64,000 nt of DNA from an uncultured Erysipelotrichaceae bacterium (GTDB lineage Bacteria > Bacillota_I > Bacilli_A > RFN20 > CAG-826): contig OMVV01000001.1 in NCBI GenBank assembly GCA_900314585.1, positions 8,613 to 72,612 of the forward strand, given 5' to 3'. Of this stretch, positions 35,631 through 46,207 are shown piece after piece. Made by a program: the position numbers and the translations under genes. Position 1 is the stretch's first letter. Each line of letters begins with the position of its first letter. The notes beneath the pieces are model-generated. The model was not told the origin of the DNA. It saw only the letters and a program-made list of their open reading frames with translations, and ran no database searches.

Positions 35631-38354
35631 ATGGAACTAAAGAACACACTTCTCATGCCAAAAACCAACTTCGAAATGCGAGGCAATTTATCGCAAAAAG
35701 AACCGGTTTTAGTGAAAAAATGGCAAGATGAAAAACTCTACGAAGAGTTACTAAAAAAACACAAGGATGATAAGCCATTCGCTTTTCATGATGGCCCGCC
35801 ATACGCAAATGGCAATATTCACTGCGGCCATATGCTTAACCGCATCTTAAAAGACTTCATTGTTCGATCTAAATCAATGCAAGGCTATTATGTTCCATTT
35901 ATTTTTGGTTTTGATACCCATGGTCTACCAATCGAAAATCAGGTTATTAAAGGTGGAGTGAATCGAAAAACCACTCCAACGAGTGAATTCCGTCAAAAAT
36001 GTCGTGAATATGCTCTTAGCCAAGTTGCAAAGCAAAAAGAACAAATCGTTCGCTTAGGCGTGCTAGGTGATTATGATAACGCCTACATGACTCTTCAAAA
36101 AGATTTCGAAGCTAATCAAATTGACGTTTTCGCGAAAATGGCTCTCCGCGGGCTAATCTACAAAGGATTAAAGCCAGTTTATTGGTCTTGGTCAAGTGAA
36201 TCCGCTTTAGCGGAAGCTGAAATCGAATATAAAGATGTTAAGTCATACGCGATCTATGTTGCCTTTGATATCGTTGATGGAAAAGGTGTTGTGCCTAATC
36301 ACTCCAAAGCCGTCATTTGGACAACAACTCCATGGACTCTTCCAGCTAACTTAGCAATCTCGGTTCATCCTCGTTTTAAATATGGCTTATATCACACTGA
36401 AAAAGGTGATTTAATTCTTCTTGAAGAATTCGCTCCTAGATTAAAAGAGGAATTAGGTCTAAATACATTTGAACTTATTAAGACATTCAAAGGTCAAGAC
36501 CTTGAATTTGTCAAAGCTAAACATCCTTTCTATGACCGTGAATCAGTCTTGATCGTCGGTGAACACGTTACCAATGAATCTGGTACTGGTTTAGTTCACA
36601 CTGCTCCAGGACATGGTGTTGATGACTTTAATGTTTGCTACAAATATGACATCAAACCATATTGCCCAGTCGATGCCAATGGCAGAATGACAAGTGACTG
36701 TGGTGAAGCTCTCGCTGGCTTATTCTACGAAGACGCGAATAAAGTTGTTTTAGATATCATCACTAAAAATGGCGCTCTTTTAAAATGTGATGAGATCGTT
36801 CACTCCTATCCACATGACTGGAGAACTGGTAAACCTCTCATCTTTAGAGCGACCCCACAATGGTTCTGCTCAATCGGTAAAATCAAAGATGAACTTCTAA
36901 AAGAAGTCGATAATGTTAAATGGGTTCCATCTTGGGGTAAAGATAGAATGACTAATATGATTAAAGACCGCACTGACTGGTGTATATCTCGTCAACGTAT
37001 TTGGGGTGTCCCAATTCCAATCATCTATAACGAAGATGGCTCACCAATCATCGAAAAAGAAGTCTTTGATAATATCGTTAAAATCTTTAGAGAATATGGC
37101 TCTGATATTTGGTATGAAAAAGATGCATCATTCTTCCTTCCAAAAGGCTATAAGAATGAAAAATCTCCAAACGGAGAATTCACCAAAGAAAAAGATATCA
37201 TGGACGTCTGGTTTGACTCTGGTTCATCTTTTGATGAAGTTTTAGTTAACCGTCAAAAGATGTTCCCATCTGAACTCTACCTTGAAGGTAGCGATCAATA
37301 TCGTGGTTGGTTTAATTCATCGCTAACTGTTTCCACAGCGATTTATGATAAAGCTCCATATAAAGCCGTTGTCTCTCACGGTTGGGTCTTAGATGAAAAA
37401 GGTGAACAAATGCATAAGTCCAAAGGAAATGGCGTTGATCCACTTAAGATGTGCAATCTTTTTGGCGCGGATATCCTTAGACTTTGGGTTGCTACTGTCA
37501 ACTATCAACAAGATGTTCGTATTTCTGAAAACTTGTTAAAACAAGTTGCGGAACAATACCGTAAGATTCGTAACACCTTCAAGTTCCTTCTTGGAAACCT
37601 CTCTAATGGTGAAGAATCTAAGTTTGATCCAAAGAAAGATAAAGTCAGTGAATTTGAAGTCGTTGATAAGTTTATCTTAGCGACTTTAGAAGATGTCAAA
37701 AACTCTGTTATTGATTCTTTCAATAAATATGACTTTATGGTCGGAATGAGCAAGATTATGACATTTATGTCAGCTGACTTATCAAGCTTCTATCTTGATA
37801 TCGCAAAAGATGTTCTATATTGTTCAGGCAAAGATTCTCTTAGAAGAAAACAAATGCAAACAGTCATTTATGAAGTTGCAAATACTCTTCTTAGATTACT
37901 CACTCCAATCCTCCCATTCACAATGGAAGAAGTTTATGTCAATATGCCTGATTATGAAAATAAATCTGCTCAACTTCTCGATTATCCAAAGATTAGTCAT
38001 AACTACGATAAATCAGTCTTAGAAGATTATGAAAACTTCAAAGCCTTCCGTGATGAAGTTAATAAAAAGATCGAAGGCGTTCGTACAAGTGGTGTCATCG
38101 GTTCATCTCAAGAAGCATTACTCGTTTTACATAAAAACAAATTGCTAACGAAGCTTGGTTTAGATAAAAATATCGAGGAATTAGCGAGATTATTGATCGT
38201 TTCTAAAGTTGAATTCGCTGATAAAAAAGAAATTGAAGTCCATCGAATTGATGCACAAAAATGTCCAAGATGTTGGAACTATGTCGATAAACTTTATCCG
38301 CTTGACGAAGAGACTCACGTTTGTAAACGTTGTCACGACGTCTTAACTAAATAA
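35631..38354 (+). CDS. ileS: isoleucyl-tRNA synthetase
   Basis: HIGH variant PYANGNIHCGH, KMSKS variant KSKGN, and a C-terminal zinc motif CPRCW...CKRC. Confidence 0.97.
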   Translation: MELKNTLLMPKTNFEMRGNLSQKEPVLVKKWQDEKLYEELLKKHKDDKPFAFHDGPPYANGNIHCGHMLNRILKDFIVRSKSMQGYYVPFIFGFDTHGLPIENQVIKGGVNRKTTPTSEFRQKCREYALSQVAKQKEQIVRLGVLGDYDNAYMTLQKDFEANQIDVFAKMALRGLIYKGLKPVYWSWSSESALAEAEIEYKDVKSYAIYVAFDIVDGKGVVPNHSKAVIWTTTPWTLPANLAISVHPRFKYGLYHTEKGDLILLEEFAPRLKEELGLNTFELIKTFKGQDLEFVKAKHPFYDRESVLIVGEHVTNESGTGLVHTAPGHGVDDFNVCYKYDIKPYCPVDANGRMTSDCGEALAGLFYEDANKVVLDIITKNGALLKCDEIVHSYPHDWRTGKPLIFRATPQWFCSIGKIKDELLKEVDNVKWVPSWGKDRMTNMIKDRTDWCISRQRIWGVPIPIIYNEDGSPIIEKEVFDNIVKIFREYGSDIWYEKDASFFLPKGYKNEKSPNGEFTKEKDIMDVWFDSGSSFDEVLVNRQKMFPSELYLEGSDQYRGWFNSSLTVSTAIYDKAPYKAVVSHGWVLDEKGEQMHKSKGNGVDPLKMCNLFGADILRLWVATVNYQQDVRISENLLKQVAEQYRKIRNTFKFLLGNLSNGEESKFDPKKDKVSEFEVVDKFILATLEDVKNSVIDSFNKYDFMVGMSKIMTFMSADLSSFYLDIAKDVLYCSGKDSLRRKQMQTVIYEVANTLLRLLTPILPFTMEEVYVNMPDYENKSAQLLDYPKISHNYDKSVLEDYENFKAFRDEVNKKIEGVRTSGVIGSSQEALLVLHKNKLLTKLGLDKNIEELARLLIVSKVEFADKKEIEVHRIDAQKCPRCWNYVDKLYPLDEETHVCKRCHDVLTK

Positions 38355-38364
38355 GGAGATCGTT

Positions 38365-39003
38365 ATGAAAGAATTTTGCAAAAAAGTATTTTCTAAAGAA
38401 GGCTTATTAAAAGCCTTTTACTCCTTCATTTGGGTAGCAATATTAGTTGTTGCTGTCGACTTAATCTCCAAGTGGTGTGTTCAAAATAACTTACTTATTG
38501 AAGGTACTTCAGTCACTTTAATTCCTAACTTTTTACACGTCACTTTAATCCATAACTTAGGTGCGTCCTTTGGTATGGGTTCAAGTGGTGAAATTGGTTG
38601 GCGGATATTCTGGATTATAGTCTCGGTTGTTTTAACTGCGGTGATTATCTTTATCTACGTTAAATATCATAAGAAATTTACAACCTTACAAATGGTTTCT
38701 ATCACCCTTATGATTGGTGGAGCCTTTGGCAATATGATCGACCGTATCTTCTATTGGAGCAATATTGTTGGTTTTGATGGCGTCATCGACTGGATTGATT
38801 TCCAATTCGGTAGTGTTCATTTTGCAACATTTAATGTTGCAGATAGCTGTTTAGTTATCGGTGTTTTGATGATTATCATCGCCGAAATTGTCGATGCAAT
38901 TAAAGAAGTTCGCGAAAAAGAAAAACGTGGAGAATATGATCTTCCTCCAGCTAAAGAAAAATCCGTTGAAAAGAAAGATAATGCAAACGATAAAAATAAA
39001 TAA
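38365..39003 (+). CDS. lspA: lipoprotein signal peptidase II
   Basis: NLGASFG, GGAFGNMIDR and FNVADS are present. Has a Lys/Glu-rich C-terminal extension. Confidence 0.9.
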   Translation: MKEFCKKVFSKEGLLKAFYSFIWVAILVVAVDLISKWCVQNNLLIEGTSVTLIPNFLHVTLIHNLGASFGMGSSGEIGWRIFWIIVSVVLTAVIIFIYVKYHKKFTTLQMVSITLMIGGAFGNMIDRIFYWSNIVGFDGVIDWIDFQFGSVHFATFNVADSCLVIGVLMIIIAEIVDAIKEVREKEKRGEYDLPPAKEKSVEKKDNANDKNK

Positions 39004-39883
39004 AGATTTTGATGGCGTTCGCCTTGATAAAGCCTTATCGATATTACTTGAATCTACTTCTAGAAGTAAAATCCAACAATATATTGATAACTCTTTGGTG
39101 CTTGTTAACTCTAAAGTTGAAAAGGCCTCTTTTAAGCTTAAAGAAAATGATGAAATCACCATCTTAGATTTACCAGATGAGCATTATGACTTAGAAGGTG
39201 AAGATATTAAACTTGATATCGTCTATGAAGATGATGATTTATTAGTTATCAATAAACCAAAGGGTTTAGTTACTCATCCAGGCGCCGGAAACTGGAATCA
39301 CACATTAGCTAATGCTTTAAAGTTTTATAGTGATAAATTATCAACGTCTAATGGCGAATATCGTCCTGGCATTGTTCATCGACTTGATAAAGATACTGGT
39401 GGCTTAATGGTGGTTGCTAAAAACGATGAAGTTCATGCCGAACTTGCAAAGCAATTATCTGACCACACTTTAGGAAGAAATTATTATGCGCTTGTTTTAG
39501 GTGTTATTAGTGAAAACGAAGGCAAAATTATCGCTCCAATTGGACGCGACGATAAATTCCGTCAAAAAATGGCAGTGGATCTTCGTGATGGTAAATACGC
39601 TGAAACCCATTTTAAAGTAGTGGAGCGATTTGCTAAGGCAACTTTACTTGATTGCGCTCTTAAAACTGGTCGAACTCACCAAATTAGAGTGCACCTAACA
39701 TATATCGGTCATCCGATCATTGGTGACCCTGTTTATGGCAAAGGTAATCGAAAGATGTATGACGACGGCCAACTTCTTTTCGCCTACAAGATTCAATTCA
39801 TTCATCCAAGAAATAAAAAGAAAATGGAATTTTCGGTTCCACTTCCTCCTTATTTTGTTTCGATACTTGATTCGTTACGATAA
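38981..39883 (+). CDS. rluD: 23S rRNA pseudouridine synthase, RluA/RluD family
   Basis: N-terminal S4 domain (RLDKALS), HRLDKDTGGLMVVAK and GRTHQIRVHL. ATG 38981 is preferred; the track start 38888 only adds overlap with lspA. Confidence 0.9.
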   Translation: MQTIKINKDFDGVRLDKALSILLESTSRSKIQQYIDNSLVLVNSKVEKASFKLKENDEITILDLPDEHYDLEGEDIKLDIVYEDDDLLVINKPKGLVTHPGAGNWNHTLANALKFYSDKLSTSNGEYRPGIVHRLDKDTGGLMVVAKNDEVHAELAKQLSDHTLGRNYYALVLGVISENEGKIIAPIGRDDKFRQKMAVDLRDGKYAETHFKVVERFAKATLLDCALKTGRTHQIRVHLTYIGHPIIGDPVYGKGNRKMYDDGQLLFAYKIQFIHPRNKKKMEFSVPLPPYFVSILDSLR

Positions 39884-40783
39884 CTTCTTGTAATTGATGA
39901 AGTTTGATTTACAAACCTTAAGTAGTTCGGCTTTGCCGAATTTTTTAATAAACTGTTCAGTAAACTTGTCAACTTTTGAAGAGCTACCAAATGGAAATTC
40001 CATGCCGTATTTCTTGCTCAATAGATCCATTTTTTGAAGGAATGAATATCGAGCGATAATGCTACCGACCGCAACACAAGGGAAATAAGATTCACCTTTA
40101 GTTTTGAAGTTGAGATCTTCAACAACTTCCTTTGTTCCTTCTAAATATTGATAGTAGTGCTCTTTCGGAGTGAATTCATCAATGAAGAAATTGTTAACTT
40201 TTGGGAACTTTTTCTTCAAATTAAGCAAGACTTGATTGTGAAGTTTGCTCTTCATCTCATTCATATTCATATTATTAAGGACAAGTTCATTATATTTTTC
40301 GTTACCTAATGAAACTTGTGAATATGGAATTTCTTTCACTAATTTCTTGCCGATTTCACGGATTTTTTCATCGCTGAGCTTTTTCGAATCGTTAACGCCT
40401 AAAGATTTAAGATATTTGATTTTATCTTGAGATACATATGCTGCGCAGACACAGATTGGACCATAGAAATCACCCGTTCCGACTTCATCAGAACCGATTT
40501 GATCATCTAGACACATCCATTCGGCGACAACTTTCTTTTTTTCTTTAACAATTACCTCGGCTGTTGGATCAAATATTTGTGCTTCTTCTAAAGCGTTATC
40601 TCCAACAAAAATAGTTTTGAATTCACCAGGCTTTTTTGATGAATAAATAGTGACGACCAAATCAGGTCGTTTTGCAAAAAAGACAATATATTCACCTTTA
40701 TTATCGCGTTGATAATCTTTGTAGGTGTTTATGATGTCATTTTTTCGTTCTTCGTTACAAACGAGAGAGACTCTAATTGCCAT
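39875..40783 (-). CDS. rnhC: ribonuclease HIII
   Basis: About 85 aa of N-terminal substrate-binding domain, followed by an RNase HII/HIII core (GSDEVGTGDFYGP, DSKKLSD). 302 aa. Confidence 0.85.
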   Translation of the reverse strand: MAIRVSLVCNEERKNDIINTYKDYQRDNKGEYIVFFAKRPDLVVTIYSSKKPGEFKTIFVGDNALEEAQIFDPTAEVIVKEKKKVVAEWMCLDDQIGSDEVGTGDFYGPICVCAAYVSQDKIKYLKSLGVNDSKKLSDEKIREIGKKLVKEIPYSQVSLGNEKYNELVLNNMNMNEMKSKLHNQVLLNLKKKFPKVNNFFIDEFTPKEHYYQYLEGTKEVVEDLNFKTKGESYFPCVAVGSIIARYSFLQKMDLLSKKYGMEFPFGSSSKVDKFTEQFIKKFGKAELLKVCKSNFINYKKLS

Positions 40784-40939
40784 GTTTAGATTTTACCACA
40801 ATGAACAAGTTAATGTTCACCCTTTCTTTACCAATAAATACTCAACTTTTTTGAAAAATGTTCGAAAAAAATGAAAAATTTTAAAAATTGTCTAGATATT
40901 TTGGATTAAAGATTAATCTTTTCGTGTTAATATTATTCC

Positions 40940-43246
40940 ATGCTCGATATATATGGAACTTTAGAAATTAGTAAGGTTTTAGAAGAGATTGCATCCTATT
41001 CCCACAGTGAAATTGCCAAGGAAAGAATCCTCTCTTTAAAAATGCTTCCTCTCGAACAGATTGAAAAAGATTTAACCATCCTTGATGAGATGATGTCATA
41101 TGGACTTAGATATGGTTATGTCTCTTTATCAAACTCAATCAATCTAAAACCATATATTAATAACGTTAAAAAGTCAGGTGTCTTAACTCCTTTGGAGTTA
41201 GATAGAATCGCAAGTGACATCGATAGTGCGAATAAGGTTTATAAACAGTTTGCTAATGTAGATAAATCCTTATATTCAAATTTAATCAAACTTGCTGATT
41301 CATTCTTTGATCTTAGCCCACTTGAAAAAGCAATACGTAAAGTGGTGCTTCCTAACTTAAATATCGCTGATGATGCCTCGCCAAATCTAAAAAATATCCG
41401 CTTACAAATTGTTAAAAAAGAACAAGAAGTCCGCGCTCTTTCTAGTGAGCTAATTCAAAAGTACCATGATTATTTAAGCGAGCCATCTGTCTCAATTAGA
41501 AATGGTCATTTTGTCCTTCCAGTTAAGACAACTTATAAAAACAAAATCAGCGGCATTATTCATGACTTCTCAGCCTCTGGTCAAACAACCTTTATTGAGC
41601 CTTCAACATTAGTGAATTTATCCAATCAAATTTACGCATTAAAAGTTGATGAACAAGAAGAAATTTATTCGCTTCTAAAAGCTCTTTCGTCTGAAGTAAA
41701 TAAGAACGCCGATTCAATCTTAGCAAATAACGAAATCCTTGCAGAATTCGATTATATTAGCGCAAAAGCCGAGTATTCAAACAAGTACAATTGTCTTGTT
41801 GCAAGTCTTTCAAAAGAGAAGATTATCAACCTTAAAAAAGCTCGTCACCCACTCATCGATCAAAGCAAGATTGTTGCTAATGATTTTCACTTTGATAGTG
41901 AGAATAGAATCATCATTATTTCTGGACCGAATGCCGGCGGTAAAACTGTCGCGCTAAAGACTCTTGGAATCTTAGTGATGATGAACCAAATGGGCATCGC
42001 TATTCCAACAAGTGAGAAGGCCTCTTTATCATACTTCCCACGCATCTATGCTGACATCGGCGATAACCAATCGTTAAGTGATAATCTTTCAACATTTGCC
42101 GCACATGTCTCTAATCTTTCAACAATCACCCATTTTGTTAAGGAAGATGACTTAGTTCTTCTTGATGAACTTGGTACAGGAACGTCTCCAAATGAAGGAT
42201 CCTCTTTAGCCTTAGCGATCTCAGATTTTTTAATCTCTAAAAAGTGTTTCGCACTTATCTCGTCTCATTATGAGGCGATGAAAGAATATCCATATCGTCA
42301 TAAAGAAGTTCGTAACGCTATGATGGTGTTTGATGAACAAAAGCTTGAACCAACCTATGTTTTAAAGATTGGTTATCCTGGACGAAGTTATGGTCTAGAG
42401 ATGGCGAAACGTTATCATTTAGATAACGATGTTATTGAAAAATCGAAGAAATATCTTCAAAAGTCTTCCTCTAGAGGAGTGAATGATGTTTTAGATAAAC
42501 TCAATGCTGTGCTTAGAGAAAACGAGTTACTTGAAAAACAACTAAAAGAAAGAACTCGTCAGCTTGAAATCAAAGAGAAGGATCTCAAGTATCAAAAGAA
42601 AGTTCTTGAAGAAAAGAAGGCCAATCTCTTAGAGGATGTCGATGAGATAAAAGAACAACTCATTTTAGATGCAAAGAAAGAGATTGATAAAGTTATTAAT
42701 CTTAAAAACAATCCAAACATCAAAGTGTCTGAGCTAATCAAGAGCAAATCTAAACTTGATGAGTTAGTTAAAGAAGAAGTAAATAATGAGCCAATTGAAG
42801 TGAAGATTGGTGATTATGTTTCAATTCCTCTTCTTGGAGTCTCTGGCCGAGTGACATCTATTAGCAAAAACAAAGTCGAAATCGTTTCTAGCGATGGAAT
42901 GAAATATAAAACTAGCATCGATAAACTCGAACATTCCGAAGCACCAAGAGTGAGAAAGATTGCTAAAAGCAATGTTGATGATATGATTCGCTCAAGAGCC
43001 TCTTTAAAGATGGAATTAAATATCATTGGTCAACACGTCGATGAAGCGATGGAAAATGTTGCTAAATATCTTGATGATGCCCGAATTGCAAATTATAAAG
43101 AAGTTCGCATTATCCATGGCATGGGAACCGGTGCTTTAAAAGACGCTGTCCATGATTATCTTGATACATGTAACTTTGTTAGCGAATATCATCTTGGTGG
43201 TGAATTCGATGGTCGATCAGGAGCGACAATAGTGAAACTTAAATGA
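40940..43246 (+). CDS. mutS2: endonuclease MutS2 (MutS ATPase plus C-terminal Smr domain)
   Basis: Walker A GPNAGGKT, LLDELGTGTSP, a coiled-coil region, and a C-terminal Smr domain (IIHGMGTGALK). Confidence 0.93.
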   Translation: MLDIYGTLEISKVLEEIASYSHSEIAKERILSLKMLPLEQIEKDLTILDEMMSYGLRYGYVSLSNSINLKPYINNVKKSGVLTPLELDRIASDIDSANKVYKQFANVDKSLYSNLIKLADSFFDLSPLEKAIRKVVLPNLNIADDASPNLKNIRLQIVKKEQEVRALSSELIQKYHDYLSEPSVSIRNGHFVLPVKTTYKNKISGIIHDFSASGQTTFIEPSTLVNLSNQIYALKVDEQEEIYSLLKALSSEVNKNADSILANNEILAEFDYISAKAEYSNKYNCLVASLSKEKIINLKKARHPLIDQSKIVANDFHFDSENRIIIISGPNAGGKTVALKTLGILVMMNQMGIAIPTSEKASLSYFPRIYADIGDNQSLSDNLSTFAAHVSNLSTITHFVKEDDLVLLDELGTGTSPNEGSSLALAISDFLISKKCFALISSHYEAMKEYPYRHKEVRNAMMVFDEQKLEPTYVLKIGYPGRSYGLEMAKRYHLDNDVIEKSKKYLQKSSSRGVNDVLDKLNAVLRENELLEKQLKERTRQLEIKEKDLKYQKKVLEEKKANLLEDVDEIKEQLILDAKKEIDKVINLKNNPNIKVSELIKSKSKLDELVKEEVNNEPIEVKIGDYVSIPLLGVSGRVTSISKNKVEIVSSDGMKYKTSIDKLEHSEAPRVRKIAKSNVDDMIRSRASLKMELNIIGQHVDEAMENVAKYLDDARIANYKEVRIIHGMGTGALKDAVHDYLDTCNFVSEYHLGGEFDGRSGATIVKLK

Positions 43247-45003
43247 CCGAATTTGTTAAAAACGCGATTCCATTAATCCCGCATCGTCCTGGTTGTTATT
43301 TAATGAAGGACAAAGATGATGTGGTTATTTATGTTGGTAAAGCCAAAGATCTTTATAAACGTGTCTCGCAATACTTCCTTAGACCGCAAAGTGGCAAAGT
43401 TCAGGCAATGGTTTCTCATGTTGATCACTTTGAAACAATTATCACTAAGACAGATAAAGAAGCATTTCTTTTAGAACATAACCTTATCCATACATACTAT
43501 CCTCGTTATAACGTCTTGCTTAAAGATGGCAAACATTATCCATATATCGCTTTAAAAAAGAAAAACGATCCTTTCTTAAAGATCGCTCGAAATGATAAAG
43601 ATAAAAACTATTACTATTTTGGACCATTCCCAACTAGTTCATATGCTTATAAAGTCATCGACTTGTTAAACAAGATTTTCCCAACTAGAAAATGTCGTAA
43701 TATCCCAACTAGCCCATGTCTTTATTATCATATGGGAATGTGCTTGGGTCCTTGCATCAATAAAATTGATGAAAAGGTTAATGATGAACTTTTTAACAAT
43801 ATTAAATCGTTCTTAGAAGGCCATAATGATGATTTGATCAAAGACCTCAAAGAAAAGATGATGATAGCCTCTGATAATCAAGAATATGAAAAGGCTCAAG
43901 ATATCAAATTAACTTTAGATGCGATTGAACATATTCTTGATAAACAAGGTGTGGAGAATAAAGATCACGTCTCTCGTGATGTCTTTGGATTTACATCTAG
44001 AGATGGCTATCTTGCTTTAACTGTTCTTACGTATCGCCGCGGAATCCTTTTAGGCAAGGAATCATTCATCGTTGAAGAATTCGATGACTTAAATGAAGAA
44101 ATATCCACTTTAATATATCAATATTACGATACCCATTCTCATCCAAGTGAAATCCTCATCAATAGTGAGACTCTTGCTAAAGATATCTCTGAAGTTCTCG
44201 ATGTCAAAACAAACTATGTTTCTAAAGGTAATTTAGTAGAGCTGATTGAGATGGCTTCGCTTAACGCTAGACAAGCCCTTGATAGCCACTTTATGTCCGC
44301 CAGACTAAGTGATGACAACAATGCTTTGCTTGTTGATTTAGGTAATAGACTCGGCATCAAGACTCCATATCGCATCGAATTATTTGATAATTCTCACATC
44401 CAAGGTGATGCGCCCGTTGGCGCGATGGTGTGCTTTGTAAATGGCGAGCCTCTTAAAAAGATGTACCGCAAGTACAACATCGAAGGAAAGGAAAAACGTG
44501 ACGATTATTCTTCAATGAAAGAAGTGATGAGAAGAAGATATTCTCGCCTTAAAGAAAATAATGAATCGATGCCTGATTTAATTCTCACCGACGGTGGTCT
44601 AGGACAAGTTCACGCGGGAGTGGAAGTGATCGATGAACTCAAAGTGAATATTCCAGTCTTTGGATTATTCAAAAACGATAAGCACCAAACCAAAGGTTTG
44701 ATTGATAAAGATGGCAACGTCATTTCTTTAGATGATAACAAACCACTTTTCTTCCTTTTAGTGAGGATGCAAGATGAAGTTCATCGCTTCGCAATTAGCT
44801 TCCATCATCAAAAGCGAAATAAGAAATTCGTAACCTCAATCCTCGATGATATTGAAGGCTTAGGTCAAAAGCGAAAACAAATCATCCGCGATCATTATCT
44901 TGATATCGATGAACTTAGAAAAGCGACAGTTGAAGAATTATCGCAATATGTTCCAAAGGAAGTCGCATTTAAAATCGTTGAACGCCTTAAGGCGAATAAG
45001 TAG
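43243..45003 (+). CDS. uvrC: excinuclease ABC subunit C
   Basis: GIY-YIG N-terminus (GCYLMKDKDDVVIYVGKAKDL), a UVR domain, an Endo V-like domain and a C-terminal HhH. The start overlaps the mutS2 stop (ATGA). Confidence 0.96.
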   Translation: MTEFVKNAIPLIPHRPGCYLMKDKDDVVIYVGKAKDLYKRVSQYFLRPQSGKVQAMVSHVDHFETIITKTDKEAFLLEHNLIHTYYPRYNVLLKDGKHYPYIALKKKNDPFLKIARNDKDKNYYYFGPFPTSSYAYKVIDLLNKIFPTRKCRNIPTSPCLYYHMGMCLGPCINKIDEKVNDELFNNIKSFLEGHNDDLIKDLKEKMMIASDNQEYEKAQDIKLTLDAIEHILDKQGVENKDHVSRDVFGFTSRDGYLALTVLTYRRGILLGKESFIVEEFDDLNEEISTLIYQYYDTHSHPSEILINSETLAKDISEVLDVKTNYVSKGNLVELIEMASLNARQALDSHFMSARLSDDNNALLVDLGNRLGIKTPYRIELFDNSHIQGDAPVGAMVCFVNGEPLKKMYRKYNIEGKEKRDDYSSMKEVMRRRYSRLKENNESMPDLILTDGGLGQVHAGVEVIDELKVNIPVFGLFKNDKHQTKGLIDKDGNVISLDDNKPLFFLLVRMQDEVHRFAISFHHQKRNKKFVTSILDDIEGLGQKRKQIIRDHYLDIDELRKATVEELSQYVPKEVAFKIVERLKANK

Positions 45004-45051
45004 CAAATACTAATTGAAAAAAGAAGTTATTTAATCTAATATATTCTCGCT

Positions 45052-45128
<77 letters not shown>

Positions 45129-45142
45129 CAAATGTAGGTTAA

Positions 45143-45168
45143 GGCTGATACTAGTTATCAGTCTTTTT
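45143..45168 (+). terminator. intrinsic terminator after the tRNA
   Basis: GGCTGATA-ctagt-TATCAGTC followed by TTTTT. Confidence 0.75.
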
Positions 45169-45386
45169 CTTTGATTGTATCGAAGTTTTTTGGCAATAAT
45201 GGACACTATAGCAAAGCGTTTTATTCCTGTATTTTAATCATTTTTGCAAAGTCGCACTAAAATACATAGAAGGTTGAAATCTCATATGTGCCTGCGTCTC
45301 GAGAACATTGGAGATTCAGTTATCTATATGGTCTAGACTATTAAAACAATTTAAACAATTTATACAATCTTTGTTAAAATAAAGCG

Positions 45387-46013
45387 ATGAAATATTTAGT
45401 AATAATTTCGACCTTATTTGTCATCGGTTCATTGCTAGGATGGGTAATAGAACTTTTCTTCCGTAGATTTGTCTCGCAAAAGAAATGGATGAATCCCGGC
45501 TTTTTAACTGGACCCTATTTACCAATTTATGGTTTCGGGGTAATTGTTCTATATGGAGTCAGTAATATCCCTTTAGGAATTAATACACAAGTATGGGATA
45601 TTGTTGCTCGTGTCGCTATCATAGGCGTTGGGATGACGTTAATAGAATTTGTCGCCGGCCTCATATTTATAAAAGGTCTCAAAATTAAGTTATGGGATTA
45701 TTCAAACCGCAAGGGGAATATCATGGGCATCATTTGTCCGTCGTTTTCTTTAATATGGTTAGTTGTTGGTTCATTATACTATTTCCTATTAAATCCAGTT
45801 TTGGCGGAAGGCATATCTTGGATAAGTGAGAATCTTATCTATACATATTTTGTTGGAGCGGTCATCGGTGCAATATTGGTTGACTTTGCTTATTCCGTTC
45901 ATCTTGCTTCAAAGTTAAAACAATTTAAAGAATATAGCGATTTAAGATTCGAAGATTTTAAAAAAGAATTCAAAAAGAGAATTAAAGAAATAAAAAACAA
46001 AGATAGTCGTTAA
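45387..46013 (+). CDS. multi-pass membrane protein, CmpB / putative type IV ABC-transporter family-like
   Basis: GSLLGWVIELFFRRF...GFLTGPYLPIYGFG...LWDYS resembles that family as I remember it. Confidence 0.55.
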   Translation: MKYLVIISTLFVIGSLLGWVIELFFRRFVSQKKWMNPGFLTGPYLPIYGFGVIVLYGVSNIPLGINTQVWDIVARVAIIGVGMTLIEFVAGLIFIKGLKIKLWDYSNRKGNIMGIICPSFSLIWLVVGSLYYFLLNPVLAEGISWISENLIYTYFVGAVIGAILVDFAYSVHLASKLKQFKEYSDLRFEDFKKEFKKRIKEIKNKDSR

Positions 46014-46117
46014 TTTATAATTGATCCAACCTTACACAAAGTGTAATGTCATTTCACTCATAGCAATTCACTATTAACGTCATTACATTAAGACAACGTA
46101 ATTAAATAGGATTGATA

Positions 46118-46146
46118 AAATTGTGTCAGTCCTTTTTAATTTATGT
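46118..46146 (+). terminator. candidate intrinsic terminator
   Basis: GGATTGA, a 10-nt loop, then TCAGTCC followed by TTTTT. Confidence 0.5.
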
Positions 46147-46207
46147 GGCACTATTGTGACAGACTTTTTGATAATATTAAAAATATTTTTAAAAGTGAGG
46201 TATTTTT

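Noticed and set aside
46127-46182. Imperfect 20-nt direct repeat ATTGTG(T/A)CAG(T/A)C(C)TTTTT(A/G)AT.
   Set aside because: The first copy is largely explained as the 3' arm plus T run of a terminator hairpin (46118-46146). The second copy has no convincing structure, and there is too little evidence for a function.
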